From: Lama glama
Taxonomy: Eukaryota
Length of the DNA: 64,000 bases
Assembly (NCBI GenBank): GCA_028534125.1
Contig: CM052832.1
Span: forward strand, 19,470,001-19,534,000
Reading direction: 5' to 3'
The notes below the pieces were generated by a model. It searched no databases. It was not told where the DNA came from and saw only the letters and a list, made by a program, of their open reading frames with translations. The position numbers were made by a program, and so were the translations under genes. Every line of letters begins with the position of its first letter. Within the stretch, counting starts at the first letter, position 1. Of the stretch, positions 1 to 14,240 are shown piece after piece.

Positions 1-2724
1 ACTCACGCTATTCCTTCTTTCACATCAGCTTAAACATCGTTGGCTCTACACTTTTCTCCTTGGGTATTCATCCATCCTCTGGGCACCACCATACCCCAAA
101 CAGATGTCCATCAGACCTCAGGACAGTTGGTGTGCTGATTTGCATTCTTTGACATTTCTCTGAAGGGCAAGGGTTGTCTTATTCTTTGTATTCTCAGCAC
201 TTAAAGAGCAACTGAAGTGGCTGGTACAGAGTTGGTGCTCAGATGATGAACAAATGCATGGTACAAACCAATGGAAGGGCTAATAAACTGTAAAGCTGGA
301 CCCAAAGCCCGTACCCAGTGAGCTGGTGATGCGGGTTCCACGCTGCCTCTGCTTGTCAGGGAGAAACCCTCACGTACTCTTTCATTTTCTCTTTCCTGGA
401 AGAGTTGGTTGGAATCTGTGTGCTGGGAGAGCACCTGCAGATGATCCAGATTGTCTAATCCTCTGTACCAAGAGGAAGGTCAAGTGTAAAGTCAAGGTCA
501 TGAATGCACTAAGCCAGTTTTCACTTATATTTCCCACTGGTGCGAAAGCTTAGTACACTTTTTACTCTTAAACTCTTTCAAATGCACAGTAGTCTTAACC
601 ATTTTGTCTCTGTCAACTTTCTTTTTTTTAAGCGCCAGTTTGGTGATCACACAGGCAAGGATGGCCACGATTGGCTGCAAATCTTCAGACCCAGGATAAT
701 TTATAAAAAGCCTAGTTGGCACAATCCCCACGTAATGCAATTTATAGCTTCATTTTGCAAGCTAATAATTCAAAGAAGTACATCAGATGGGCAAAACATC
801 TGCATGGATTGTTTATTTAACAGAACAATTTATTTCTTTATGCATTTGTTTCTTCAGTTGTTAATTTGCCAGTGTGTCCCATCTCTGACAATTCAAAGGC
901 CTTTCCAAAGTTAAGGTGAACGTGTTGCAGACTGCATAAATTTTGTAAAATAGATAAAGTGGGAAAGTGGGAGGGGGTGCTTGATACCTGAAAGGTGGTT
1001 TTGTGCTTGCTGAGTTAACAGGAACAATGAAGTGTTCTCCGTGTTGGTGTAGAGGTAGCCCTGCCCACATGTGTGCAGAAATATAAGCCTTTCTTCTGCT
1101 TCCTTTATGATCATATGAGACCATTGCATATGGTTTTATCATCTAGTTTAAAAATGTGCAGCTTAAAATATAGTTAAGAACAACGTATAACACATGTAAA
1201 TGTAAAATTGGACTGTGTGAATAGTCTTAGAATAATGTTCATAAAGAAGTCAATTCGCTTAGACAGTTTCAGTGATATTATGAGCTCCCTCTTTGCTTAA
1301 AAGCTTTTTTCAAAAGTTTTCTGATAGAGGGGTTGCCAGATTCCATTCAGACCCAGCTGTGGAATTTATTATTTATTAATGTGTGTGAAATTCATTTGGC
1401 CACTTGAAAAGGAGCATAATGATTTTTTATCAACACATACCCATATGAAAATATACATTTTATTCAGTTCTTTTTTTCATGAAAGTTTAGTTTTTGCTCC
1501 CTCCAAAAGAAAAACATATTCAAACAGGCAAATATGTTTGGAAATAAAAATAACTTTGATTATGATGAAATTTAGTGACTTCACTCTTTAAACAGTTATG
1601 CAGTTTATTGGATTGTTTTTATTTTGTATCCTAGTTTATTCTACTGCCTTATGGATATACTATTATTATATCTGCAGCTCAACTCATTCTTCTCTCCTTA
1701 TTTTAAACTCTTCTTTCAATGAAAAAGAATATACATAAGCTTTAGAAACATCTAAGGAAAACAGATGGTTTTTCAGAATTTCTTTGCCCTGAAATTAAAC
1801 CTCTTGTTTTTCACTTTTGAGCTAAGTATAAAATTGTTACGGATGTTCTCATACTGCGTATTAATGCCTGTTACCTCAGATCCCACATTAACATTTATAT
1901 TTCCGCTGGGATTCCTGATCTAATCAGGTATTAAACCTGTGGTTATTTTGGCAATTCTGCCTTTTATGGAAGGATTCTAACAGTTGAACCCAAAGTTAGG
2001 AAGAAATACCATTTTACTTCATCTGGAAGAAGAATTATCTGAAAAGGTGGTCAGAAGATTCAATCGTAGGTTAAACATTTTAAAGAAAGGCTCACAGAAA
2101 GTATCCTCTACTTTCCACTCATTAAGCCAAAAAAAGATGAAGCTGTTTTCTTTCTCCGTCTCCCTCCAAGGCACACATCAGGTTCAAGCTCATGCCTTGT
2201 GTTCCATCCCTGAACCACCAATTTTTAAAATTGACAGTAAGTAAATTAAAAAAATAAAATCAAGTAAAATTGACAGTTCTCTGTGATTCCTGTGAAGTTT
2301 AATTTCTCATGCTGTCCGGCAATTTTTATTTATTTTTAAGAGTGTTCTCTCCCTTTTCCTCCTTTGTTTTTCCACAATAATGTCAAAACTACTCATCCTC
2401 CCTTACATGTCCCTCCACCTCCTCACCCAGACCTGCTATTTCATACATTTTCAATTTTGGAATTTGCTTCTCCTCATCCATAACTTGGAAGGCAGCCTGA
2501 AAGTTGGAAAGTGAAATAGCTCTCTTCCTTATGGAGGTTCCTTAGAAAGTAAGCCAAGATGGGGGGCTCCTCACAGATTGAGGCCCTGTGAGACTGCCCA
2601 TGACACTGACCCTGGCATCACAACTTATTGTCTGTTTTCTTCTGTCTTATGAAAAAAACATAGTTGCGACTTGTTAAATTGCTGTCACAGTCCACTAATG
2701 GGTCGTGACTGGCAGATTGGGAAA

Positions 2725-2960
2725 GCCGTCATTAAGAACATGGATTCTAGGTCTGAATTCAGATCGCTAGGTCTGACTCCTGCTTCACCTCTCGCTACCC
2801 CTGACCTTTGGAATACCTCCGTTTTTCATAAATGAAATGCAGACAATATCAGTAATTACTTCATGAAGTTGTTTTGGGCATTAAATGAGTTAATACATGT
2901 AATATGCATAGAATGGTATAAGTCATATAATAAACATCCAATAAGAATTAGCTGATCACC
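2725..2960 (+). mobile_element. MIR SINE
   Basis: cctccgtttttcataaatgaaatg..ttacttcatgaagttgtt..attaaatgagttaatacatgtaa core. Confidence 0.7.
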
Positions 2961-5379
2961 ATTAATATTGTTACTATTACTATTAATTTGCATTTTGCTC
3001 TAGGTAAATGCCGAAGTAAAAAATGTTTCTTTGCTGAACGCTTAGCATGTCCACTTATTCTAAAATAGATATTGTCTTAGGTTGACCAGCATTTGTGTTT
3101 TATCTTGACTGCGAGTATGTGAAATATTAAAATAATCAAATGAAAATTAATTCTTACCACTCTTAATGCAATGAAAATACTTAAAAATTACAGTTTACTG
3201 AAAAATCCAATGAAAGATTACTTTATTTCTGCTCCCCCTCTCCAAGATTAAAAGAAATGGATTCTTGGTATTTCTCAAGCATCAGTTAAGAAAGAAACAA
3301 GGATATCTGAAAGATACCATTCCTTGAGCTTAAGGAACCAGAATTATTCCTTTTGCAATGAAATTCATAGATGATGAACTTCAATCATAGGTTAAAATGC
3401 TAGAGTAGAATGTTTTCTATCTTTGCAAGCATTGATTTTTGTTATAGACACAAACTAAATCCTTAAGTCATAACATTAAATGTAAAGAGTACAGAATCTA
3501 ATGAATGTACAGTCAATACCTATTGTTGGAACAGCATTGAATCAAAGTGAGCAAAATGCTGGCTGATTTGTTTTGATCTGTTTTGAATTTTCTTCCTTGA
3601 TAGTTTCATAATAAATAGTACGATTTTGTAGCTAATTTGCATATTTCCCATCATTAATTGAGGTTATTAAGATCTCTCTTCCCATTGATGGTTTGACATT
3701 TTATGTTTACTTGATTCTCTTAAATTTGGTACTAAATCGATATATGGTATATGGTCGGTCACTTTATTTCTGGTTGTCTATCAATTGATGGTACATGGAC
3801 ATAGAGATACAGGCATATGTGTTATTAGACAATCATCTTAAAATGGAGTTCAATAGGCTCATTTCAATGGATTTATCTCAGGCTATTTTAAATAAAATTT
3901 GGAACATGGTAGGTATCTAAGAGGAAAATATGCAAAAGTTTGTTTTTATCTACCATTTATTGACAGCACTTCCTTGAATTGTAGACTTTATTTGTAGTCA
4001 AAGATATGCTGAATATTTTAATTTCCCATGTTATGTTAGGATGGAAGATTAACTACCAATCAAAGCTAAATTTTATCTATAACAAGGCATCAGCTCTGAT
4101 AAAAATTTATCATCCTCTTCAAAAAATTACTACAGAGCAGATAAAAACAGCTGAATGTTAAGCACTTAAGAGATCTCACTTTGATTGTCTAAAGCAAATA
4201 GAAGCATACAAATCTATAAAATGTTGAGTTAATTGGAAACACCCTCACTCATATTTAAAGAACAATTTAGGACAATTACCTGTGCCAATTAGATTAGATG
4301 AAAAATCATCCAGTCCCTTTGTTCAGGATGACTGATTCGGACTCATTTGAACGTTTGCGTTACCTGTCGCTTTACTGTGAGTGAGGACTGCGGTTCACGG
4401 AATCACCAGCACTCGTCTCAGGATTAGATTCACTTTGAAAGCAGTGATGCTTGGCTTTACCTTTCTAGTAGGACTGACATTGTTAAACGTATTATTTTAA
4501 AGCGTATTATTGATAGGAAGTTAGTTGCAAATGAAAGTTGGAGCCTTAGATTATCAAAGCTGTAATTTAGTAATAATTGGGATTCATAATCAATTTTTGA
4601 AAATCCACATTCAGTTTCTTTTTATTTTTGTATTTGAGCTAGATGTTTGATCCCTGAAGCATATGCTGTGTATATAATTTGGAAACAACTTTTAGAGAAG
4701 GATCTCAGTTCTTCCATCTTGAGTTTATCAGCTGCAGATAGGTTTTGAAAATTTACAATCCTGGATTCTCTTTTATAAAGCCTTTGGTTTTTAGATTCTT
4801 TGCATGAATCGTTAGTAATCTTCTGAAGCTGAGGAGTCCTTTATGTCTTTGTCTGAAATGATTTTGAATGACCATAGTGAGAGAATGCTTAAACTCAGGT
4901 GCGTGAGATGAGGGTGCCTTGTTTGCTGGGATGGGTGCTGCCCCGTAGTCTTTTCTCCTTCTTACCCCATTGCCCCCAACCCCCTACTCCCTGTAACCGG
5001 ATTACCATGTTGTAATTTATTTAGGATTTTTGGCTCAAGTTCAAACTCCAATAAATGTCTGTATCATAAGGATGGTATTTTCATGAAATACAGTTCCAGT
5101 TACATTTATACTATCAAGACGAAGATGATGTCTTGGTTTAACTTGGCCATGAGTGAACAGGGATTGAGTTTCTGCAGGAATGCTTGGATTTCATTAGACA
5201 TACTTATGCACCAGAGACGTAGGTTTAGCAACAGCTTTATAGTGTTGACATCTGTGACAAAATCACTGGGAGGCAGGAGTCAGAGAAGTGGGATTTAACC
5301 CCCTTTCAACTCTTACTACCTCCATGGTATCAGGCCTCCGAGTAAGGTTTTACAGGCTATAGTCTCTCCTCTCCACTTC

Positions 5380-6230
5380 ACAGCCAATCATCTTGAAATA
5401 GTGGTCCATACTGCCTGCCTTCTGTGATGGGCACCACCCTTTACACCGCACCCCTGCTAAAATTTTCATGCCCTGCTAAAATTACTCTCACCTAGTTGAC
5501 CAAATCATTGGGGTGCCAGAGCTGGAGGACAATAAAACTTTTAATACTGATTACTCCTTTGCAGTTGATGTTCACTTTCCCATGGCTTCCTTGACTTCTC
5601 ACCCTCTTATTTTTTCTTATTCTTTCCTTATTTCTTTTTAATGTTTGTGAGTTCCTGCCATGAGTCCGCACTTCCTCCCGTCTAGGCAGCTCTCTTTCCA
5701 GGGTGCTCCCCCAGCTTTATGCTTCCTGCTTCACGTCCTCCAGTTGCTCTTCATCATCTTCAGAATCAAGTTCAAGTTCTTGGTTCTATGAGACAAGATT
5801 TTCTGAATAATTTTCCTCCTCATCTGCCACTTCTCAGCCCTGTAACCTTGCTGCATCCCTGCTCATGTAGCTGCAGTTCTCGGAATACACCATGCATTCC
5901 TGTGCCTGTAAGTCTTTGCAGATACAGATCTTGCTGTCTAGAATGCTCTTCCCCTGCTACCTGTCTCTTGACTTGCAGCTTCTGTCTTTTGGAAGCCTTT
6001 GACTGATTACTCCCCACCCATCACCCTCTCCTACCTCTGTGCACTCTTGACAGCCTGTGTAGCACTTGTTACACTTACTCTGTTCTACTGACTTTTCTAG
6101 TTGAATTTCCTAGTAGACAATAAGCACCTTGAGGCCAGAGCCTTGCTTAGCTCTTCTTTGACTGGTATCCAACACACACCTGAGTATGAGGAGGCTCGGG
6201 AAATATTGACACAATCAGTGAATGAATGAC
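5380..6230 (+). mobile_element. LINE-2 fragment(s)
   Basis: gcagttgat..ttcccatggcttccttgac; taagcaccttgaggccagag; ends tgaatgaatga. Confidence 0.65.
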
Positions 6231-7687
6231 CAAAAAATTGAGGAGTTTAAGAGAACTATGGATTTTTGTTGTATGTGACTACAACATTTGTTACCATGAT
6301 ACATTTTCTAGGGTAGAGAAGTAATTAAATATGGCTAGCTCTTTTATAGACTAAAGAACACAAGGTCATTTGGAGGTAATTGGACCAACCAGAATTAAGT
6401 ACAGGAATCGTAAATTTTAGGCCATTTATTAAGTAACATCAAGTCACTGGGCCCAAAGAGGAACAAGTCAGTTATTCTGATAAATTAAAATTAATTTGCA
6501 GTATAATTTTAGGTTACAAAATTAGAAATGAAAAAAATAAAGCTATATATACTTGTTGGCTTAGGTAAACCTCCTCAGGGGTACTTAATTTTTCTCAGGT
6601 CCATGTATCTGTTATAGATTTTATAAAGTGTATAAAAACTTACGTAGATTATAAAATAAATTTGTCGAACTTTACATGTTATGTATTTATGTGCTTTTTT
6701 CTTTGTACTTTGAATATTTCTGATTTTGATGAAAATCTAAAACATCTGTATCTAAAAAGAATCAAAAAGAAATGAAGGGATAAGAACAAAATTACCTTTG
6801 ATCTGGGGAAATCAATGATAATAATCCTACTTTTACTTTCTGTCTACACTTAGAAAATTTTGTTACACCCATTTAAAGCCAAGGCTAAATAACCATGATG
6901 GTTAAGATCAAGTCTATGCAAAAAGTTAATAGTCAAATTTAAACATCAGTTGCATAACAGATGATATTTAATACCTGGAGTGGGAGTCAGGGAATAAAAA
7001 GAAGCCAGATCCATTTCAAACTGCAGTTAAGAAAACTCAGCCTATCTAAGTGCATACAGTTATTTTCATGTAATATTCTGAATTGCCAAGGAAAAAGATC
7101 ACTTGTGACATTCTCATCCCTGTAAAGAGTTTCCATTTGAGTTTATGGGTCATAATGAAACATATGGAGAAGATTAGTGATCAGAAAACATTTGGGTTAC
7201 ATGGCTGCACTAAATTAGGCACACTCAGAACATTAGCTGTTATTCGATTCATTTTTCATTCTTCCTGATGATAATTTGCTCTAATTCAGAGGAGCAGTGT
7301 GAGGGAGATACTGTGCAAGTTCTAACAAGGGTCAGAGGAGGGCTGGCCCATGTCCTCTCACCAGGAAGCGTCATCACGGTGAATGCCCTCTTCCTCTCTC
7401 CCTTACTCCTCGCCAAACTTCATACCTGGTCAGCTTTCTGGAAGTGCTTTCTTTAAATTTCAATAAGATGCTGGGATGACAACCATCTGTATCTGAGAAG
7501 AGTTTTATTGCAAGTTCAATATATTTCACATATGAATATAGTTTACATGAACATTAGCTAATGAAAATCATTTGTATGTCACCCTCTTACCAATTTTACT
7601 TTGAATTCTGCCTCCAGTAACTGATGCAACACAGAAAAATAGAGCATGCTCTTCCTTGTAAACAGATCTATCTATCTAGCTATGTAT

Positions 7688-7856
7688 ATTATTATTATTA
7701 ATTATTATTATTATTATTATTTTGGTAGGAGGAGGTAATTTGGTTTTTATTTATTTAGTTCTGTTTTTATTTTTTAATGGAGGTACTAGGAATTGAACCC
7801 AGGACCTTGTGCATGCTAAGCACATGCTCTCCCAATGTACTATACCATCTCTTCTC
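7688..7856 (-). mobile_element. tRNA-derived SINE (camelid vic-1-like)
   Basis: ggaggtactaggaattgaacccaggaccttgtgcatgctaagcacatgctct; B-box-like core and (TAT)n tail. Confidence 0.85.
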
Positions 7857-9156
7857 CAGACCTCTATATATTTTTCTTCTTAGAATATTATCTTATGTAC
7901 TGAAAGCCATAAAGTCCTGGTTCCTCACATTTTTTTCCCTCAATAATCTACTGGGCTTAATGAGATGCTTTTTGAAATTGATATTTTGTTTTTAATTTAA
8001 CATTTTTATGAGAAAGTCTCAGTGGTAAACCTTAGTAAGATGTTTAGTCACATTAAACGTTCTTGTTTACTAGAGCTTCTGCTTAATAGAGATCTAATAT
8101 CTCCACAAAGGATTTAAAACTGGGCATTATTCTTTTATTTTTCTTTTTATTTATCCTGGTAAGTTTCAATCAGTTTCAAATACTGAACACATTAAGATAT
8201 GCTTTATAGTACTATTTAAAAATACTTTTTAATAATTCTGGTGAGAAAGTATCCTTTAAATGCAATGATTGGGCTTAAATATGGATTATTAGCAGTTATA
8301 TGAACAAATTATTCATTAATTATTTGGTAACTTGTCTTACTTAACATTAGACATTTTAACATGTTTAACACTGAAGTATTGTAATATCAATAAGCTGAAA
8401 TACAGATGCACTGAAACTAGGAAGATGCTTTCATTTTGGCCGTTCTGGTTGCAGAAGGGCTGAAAAAGCACCAGCATTTGTCTCCCGTTTCTGTAGGGGA
8501 AGCAGGTTCATATTTATCATGGGCTGCATGGTAATGATGTGACTGCCCTGCCTCAGCGGCTCTGCTTTCATTTTTTAGGCAATAAAATTTATAAGGGATA
8601 AGTGAAAAATAATTGAGGAGCATTTTTATTTTCACCAGAGTGTGTGTTATTGCTTTGCCGTGTAATATACACTAAAGTGTCTATTCATGATTCAAAGAAA
8701 AAGGATTAGCACTGAATCTGGGTGCAGTGTGCATCCAAGCATTGAATTTGATCCTTAGTGTAGTAATTGAATGAGAGCGGTATTGTGTATCAAATTTATC
8801 CTCACTCTTTAGTTTGTTAGCAAATGGCTCTTATTACAAAGGTTTTAGTATAGGGGAGGACTTAAAAAATCAAATCCCTTTTCTTCTTTCTGGCAGGCAT
8901 GTGAGTATCTGGGGGAGTGTGTTTTGTACATTGTAGGGGAGTGAGAAAGAGAATTAATAACAGAAAAGGGAAACAGAAGGCAGCTGACTTGCAGGAGGTT
9001 TTCTGCCCACCCTCAAAGCAGTGTCTACAGAGGAGGAACAGGGGTATCTGAGCTGCCTGCCCTCGTCTAGCAAGTGTCTGCAGGAGTCAGAAAGGGGGTT
9101 TGCATGAGCCATTGCCCCAATATTCTTTCTAGACCATACTTTTTGGGCACACGATT

Positions 9157-9651
9157 TATTAGTTCCCTACTGCTGCTGTAACGTATTACCACAAACATGG
9201 TGGCTTAAAACAACACACAAGTTTATTATCTTACAGTTCTGGAGGTCAGAATTCCAAAATGGTCCTCACTGGGCTATAATCAAAGTGCTGCCAAAGCTGT
9301 GTTCCTTCTTGAGTCTCTAAGAAGGAAATTTCTATTCTTTTCTCTTCCCAGTTTTTAGAGGTTGTCTGCCATTCCCTGGTTTATGGCCCCCTTCCTTTTT
9401 CAAAGCCAGTGATGGCCAGTCAAGTTTTTCTCACACCATGTCACTCTGCCACTGATTCCCCTACCCCTCTCTCTCACTGGCATTGAGTCCACATGAATAA
9501 TCCAGGATAATCTCCTCATCTCAAAGCCAGCTGATTAGCAACCTTAATTCCATGTGCAACCTTAGTTCACCTCTGCCAAGCAATGTAGCATCTTCAGTTT
9601 CCAAGGATTAGGATGGAGACATCGTGGGGGGAGCTATTCTTTTACCTACCA
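9157..9651. mobile_element. MLT1 (MaLR) LTR
   Basis: ttaccacaaac..gtggcttaaaacaaca..tttattatcttacagttctggaggtcaga; ataatccaggataatctcc; attaggatggagacat. Confidence 0.85.
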
Positions 9652-9844
9652 CGCTTAGCATAATTGCTGATTCCTGTGTAGGTTGTACTCCAGTCTTCTT
9701 CATCCCTCTCTATCCCCCTCTTCCTCATCCAAATGCTATACTGCCAGTGTGGCCAGACTAGGGCAAAAACCCTGTAACAACACAAAGAATTAAAAGACTG
9801 GGCTAGTGGTTTTTAAATTGCACTCTCCTAATATTCTGTCTCAG

Positions 9845-11132
9845 TGCAGCAAATATTTTTGAGTGCCTGCTCTTCATTCTTTCAACAAATACCTTTTCAA
9901 CACCTACGTGCTGAGCTCTGCTACGTGCTAGGTATAAAGCTAGGTATATGAATGGTATGGGTGTGGTATCTGCTCTCTTGGAGCCTACACTTTGGTGGAG
10001 ACTGAAAAAGCCAAATAAACAAGAGAAACATCAGCTGGTCATAAATGCTAGTGAGAGACTTGAACCAGAGTGATGTGAATGACTAGACGGCACTTGAATT
10101 GGAATGAGGGGGGCTTCCTGAGATCTAAAAGAGAAGGAGCAGCTAATCATGGGAAAAGAGGGAAAAGAACATTCCAGGCAGAAGGTGTAAGAAGGAGAAA
10201 GCCGTAAGGTAGGAATGAGTTATCTGTTGAAGGAAAAAAATGTACTTGGAGTTTAATGAGCAAAGGGAAGGTAGAAATGTGGTCCAAGAGGCTGTTAAGG
10301 AACAGATCACATCTCTGTAAGCCATGGTAAGGAACTTGCATTCTATGTATGTTGGGAAGTGTTAGAGAGTTTCCAAGTAGTTTTTTGTAACCTGTTAACA
10401 TTGCCTGGCTATTGTGTAGAGGATGATTCAGAGGACAGCAAGAGGAGAAGATGAGGGACACTGATCTGTAAGTTATTGTAACAGCCCACCGAATAGATAG
10501 TGGTGATTTAAACCAAGTTGATAGTGAAGTTGGAAATAATATTCACATATTTGGGATATATTTAAAAAGAGATTGAATTTACAGGGCAGCAATGGAATGG
10601 ACATAGGGACTGACAGCAAGATGGAAATAAAGATAATTCCCAGATTTGGAGATTGAGTGGTGGTGCCATTTCATAGGATGAGGAATATAGAAAAAGGGTG
10701 AGCACTGAAGGGTGGGGACCCAGAGTTCTCTTTTGAGCATGTTAAGGTTGAGATGCCTATTAGATGTCCAAGGCGAGTCGTCAAGTTAGGCAATTGGACA
10801 TATAAGTTTGGGGATATATGAAGATGCTGATACAGATCAGAGAATCATTGGCATATTGATGGTATTGAAACCATGATTGTGATGAGGTTGTCCAAGAAGA
10901 AGGTATAAATAGAGGAGCAGACCCATGATGTAGCTCTGGGGTAGTCCAACACTTAGAAGTTGAGCAGAGGAGGATGGATTGGCCAAGAATACTGTAAAGA
11001 AGCCGCTGTTGATGCTGCCGCTGTCAGAAGAGTGAGATGGAGAAATAGAGAGAGAGAAATAGATAGAGGGAGAGAGAGAGAGATTACCTGTATTGAAAGC
11101 TGCTAAGAGATCCAATAAAATGAGAACATAAC
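9845..11132 (-). mobile_element. LINE-2 fragment
   Basis: ttcattctttcaacaaata 3' end; ttgagatgcctattagatgtccaag and agaacattccaggcagaag L2 motifs. Confidence 0.8.
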
Positions 11133-11232
11133 NNNNNNNNNNNNNNNNNNNNNNNNNNNNNNNNNNNNNNNNNNNNNNNNNNNNNNNNNNNNNNNNNNNN
11201 NNNNNNNNNNNNNNNNNNNNNNNNNNNNNNNN
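11133..11232. other. Assembly gap (100 N)
   Basis: Run of N. Confidence 1.
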
Positions 11233-13489
11233 TCCTGAGGGATGCTAAAACTAATTCTCTGTTGCTTTAGAGGCTAAAGCCCCTACCCTAGGTGGCACCT
11301 ACCCTTAGCGGGTTGTGGTTAGGATGTGTGAGCTATTTATAGCAATAACTAGACAACCTTCTGCATATGACTGCCACTGTGAGCTAAATTTACTGTGCAA
11401 GCTTAAATGAGCCGGCATAATAAAGGGGAAGTGGTAAGGTTTTGAAGTGTTTGCAACATACTGCCTTTGATAAAAAACTTAATATTTTTGCAAATTTCTG
11501 GTAGAATCTATCTTTGCAGCAGGCTTTTAAAACTTTTAATGTTTCATCTTTGCCTTCTTCCACAGTGTTTCTTTAATTACTTTTCACTATGGCCCCAACC
11601 GAAGGGGAACACATTGTGTTGTTCAAATCCTTTACTGTTGTATATTGGCCTGGTTAGCAATTCTTTGGTGTTAATTTTAATTTTCTGATTTTAAGGCCTG
11701 CTTTTGAACTTTCACATTGAGCATTCACAAATCTGTGAACATTCTTCATGAACCAACATCATCCTTTCAAACATTCACATTGGTTCACTGAGCTTAGCCC
11801 CAAATGAAGTACAGCTGTCACTCCTTATCCACCTGCATACAGTTAAACATTTCATTGAATGTGAGCATTAATATATTTCTTTAATAGCTGTAGGTTTCTC
11901 TTTGCCGTCTGTTTGAAAGCAAGTGCAACACTTGGATGCAAAAATGTGGTCCAAAAAAGTGATGGACAGGTCATAACTATAGTCTACTGAGTCCAGCATC
12001 TGGCTCCAAAGGTTGACTCAAGGGACGTTTTATGGATGAGCATGATTGTTGTCTTCTAAGGTAATTCAGAAGGTAGAAGTGAATGTCAAACACCTAATTT
12101 TCATTTTTAAACCACTTTGGAGGTAACATTCGATAAGTTGCACAGCCTCATTTGAAATTAATTTATTCTGCCTTTGCACATTCTCAGAGTTATGAGCTCC
12201 ACATATCAATAAAGTGGAATTTCTTTTTTTTAATCATGTAATTAATGTTCTCTACATCAATTTAATGTTTACTATTTCCTTGAGCTCCATGTTCCAGAAT
12301 CTGATGGAGAGACGAATATCAGCTTACCCTATCCTTGCTAACTCCAATTTTATAGACTTGGATTACTCCCTTTTACTTTTCTTCTCTTAGGACAGAATAA
12401 ATGTAAGCGATTTTCCTTGGCAAGTGAAGTGTCCGTCCCTGTACTTTTCTTAGCTCAAGGATTGCTTTTTTGAGTATGTGACCAAAATGCTCTGCATTCA
12501 CTCCGGGCCAAATATGTGAGAGCATCACCACACTTTCTGTTTCATTTGCTGTATTCTTTCTTCTGACATTGCTGAGTTTTTGGCTGCAATTTCATCTTGG
12601 ATCCGTGTTTTCAGTTGTAAGAGCGACGGAGTCAGGACGTAATTGTTCAACATGTCCTTGGGGAGGATTCTTTGTAGAGATAACCCAAAATAGCTGCCAA
12701 TGCTGAAGTCGTCATTTTGGTGATGGTTAGTGATTCCTGTATATATGGATTGGGATTAAATTATTGCTGCAGGGATTAAATTACTGCGTTATTCACATGT
12801 GAATTCATCTAACATGTCTAATCAGCTTTGAGGGAGGGTAACTCTGTTGTTCCTGGTTTTTAAAAAAGAACAGTGAAGCCAACATCCAAGTTATAAAAAA
12901 AAAGTAATTGAAAGTGAAAATGGTTTCTCTAGGGGAAACAGAAAGGGTTCAATTTCCTCCCTCTCTTCCTTCCTTCCTTTTTCATTTGGCTGTATCTTCT
13001 GAGCTTCCACAGGGCTCTGCTACAGCCCTTACCTGTTACCTCAGGGCACCTTATAGGTGGTGTGTATGTATTTGTCTACTCATCGGTCCTTAACCAACTT
13101 GAAAGAACAGTCTACATCTTGTATCTTGGGTGGTCACACTGGCTCATATTGTTCCTTACATATAATTAATCCTCAGTGAATGTAAAAATATATTTTACAC
13201 TTAAGAGTGATTTTGTAACTAACAATAGGAAGTGTTCTTACGTGAAATGTGTTAAATAGTTGTGCTCTGGGAAATAAGCTTTCATTAGAGAAATAGAAGG
13301 ACTTTTCAGACAAAAGAGAAGAACATATTGTCTAGACCAGAAGGGTAATCAAATATATGTACTAGATTATCACGGGCGGAAGGAAACTCCACCCCTGACG
13401 ATTTAAAAAAAAATTGGGCAGAGGAAACATCTGTGAGAATGACTTAAGCCTCAGACCTGTCTTGAGGCAAGTAGACCGACAGAATGACG

Positions 13490-13690
13490 AACGGTTCTGT
13501 GGTTCTTTGATTGCTTGGCCTGGAGAAGAGAAGACCGAGGGAAGACATTATAACTACTTCAAATATGGAAAAGCAGCTCTTAGTGCTTTCTAGAGGAGAA
13601 CAAGTTGAAGCAGCTTAACCTAAAGTCTTGAGATTTGGGTCACATTTTCTAGTTAAGGATTTAAAGATACAGGATGTGAAAATCCTGCAG
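13490..13690 (+). mobile_element. CR1/L3 fragment
   Basis: ggcctggagaagagaagaccgagggaagac..cttcaaatat matches the CR1 ORF2 'SLEKRRLRGD..FKY' motif. Confidence 0.65.
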
Positions 13691-14134
13691 AAACATGCAA
13701 AATAAAAGGTCGATTTGTGTGAGATGTGGCATCAGCTCTGTGATTCTGTTGCAGTAAAAATCTTTTTTATATCACTCTGAATGGAGACAATTTATTTCAA
13801 TAGATTGCTTTCAGTGTATAGTGTTCTCTTGGGAAAGGAAAACTTCTAAAAGTAGTATTTTCAAGTACCTTGCATCATTGCTGTTTCATGGATAGGAGAA
13901 AAGAACAGAGATAAGAGATGTGAAATCCTTCCCATCTAAATACTCGTACAGGATTGTGTTACTAAATCTGTAGCCAAAGGGTGAGAAGCAGTCTGGGACA
14001 TAGCCCTGCTCTGCTCGGTCAGCCTTTCAGTTCTGGCCACTGAAACTTTTCCCAGTGAAAATATAGAAGATTCGGGGGCTACAAAAAATCTTGTCAATAC
14101 AAGGGGAATCAGAATACCTATTAAAAATAATCTT

Positions 14135-14240
14135 CCTGTAAATGAAATCATATGGGATTTACTGAAACATTCTGCTGTACACCAGCAATTGACACAACAC
14201 GGTAAACTGACTACAATAAAACAAGAAGAAAAAAGATCTT
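14135..14240 (+). mobile_element. Short LINE-1 3' tail
   Basis: ctgctgtacaccagcaattgacacaacacggtaaactgactacaataaa + A-rich run. Resembles the reverse complement of the L1 end at 38083-38145. Confidence 0.7.

Noticed and set aside
500..1142. ORFs of 124, 93 and 71 aa, and a faint CxxH-like transposase resemblance on the - strand
   Set aside because: No coherent frame, splice structure or terminal repeats; the resemblance is too weak without an HMM search.
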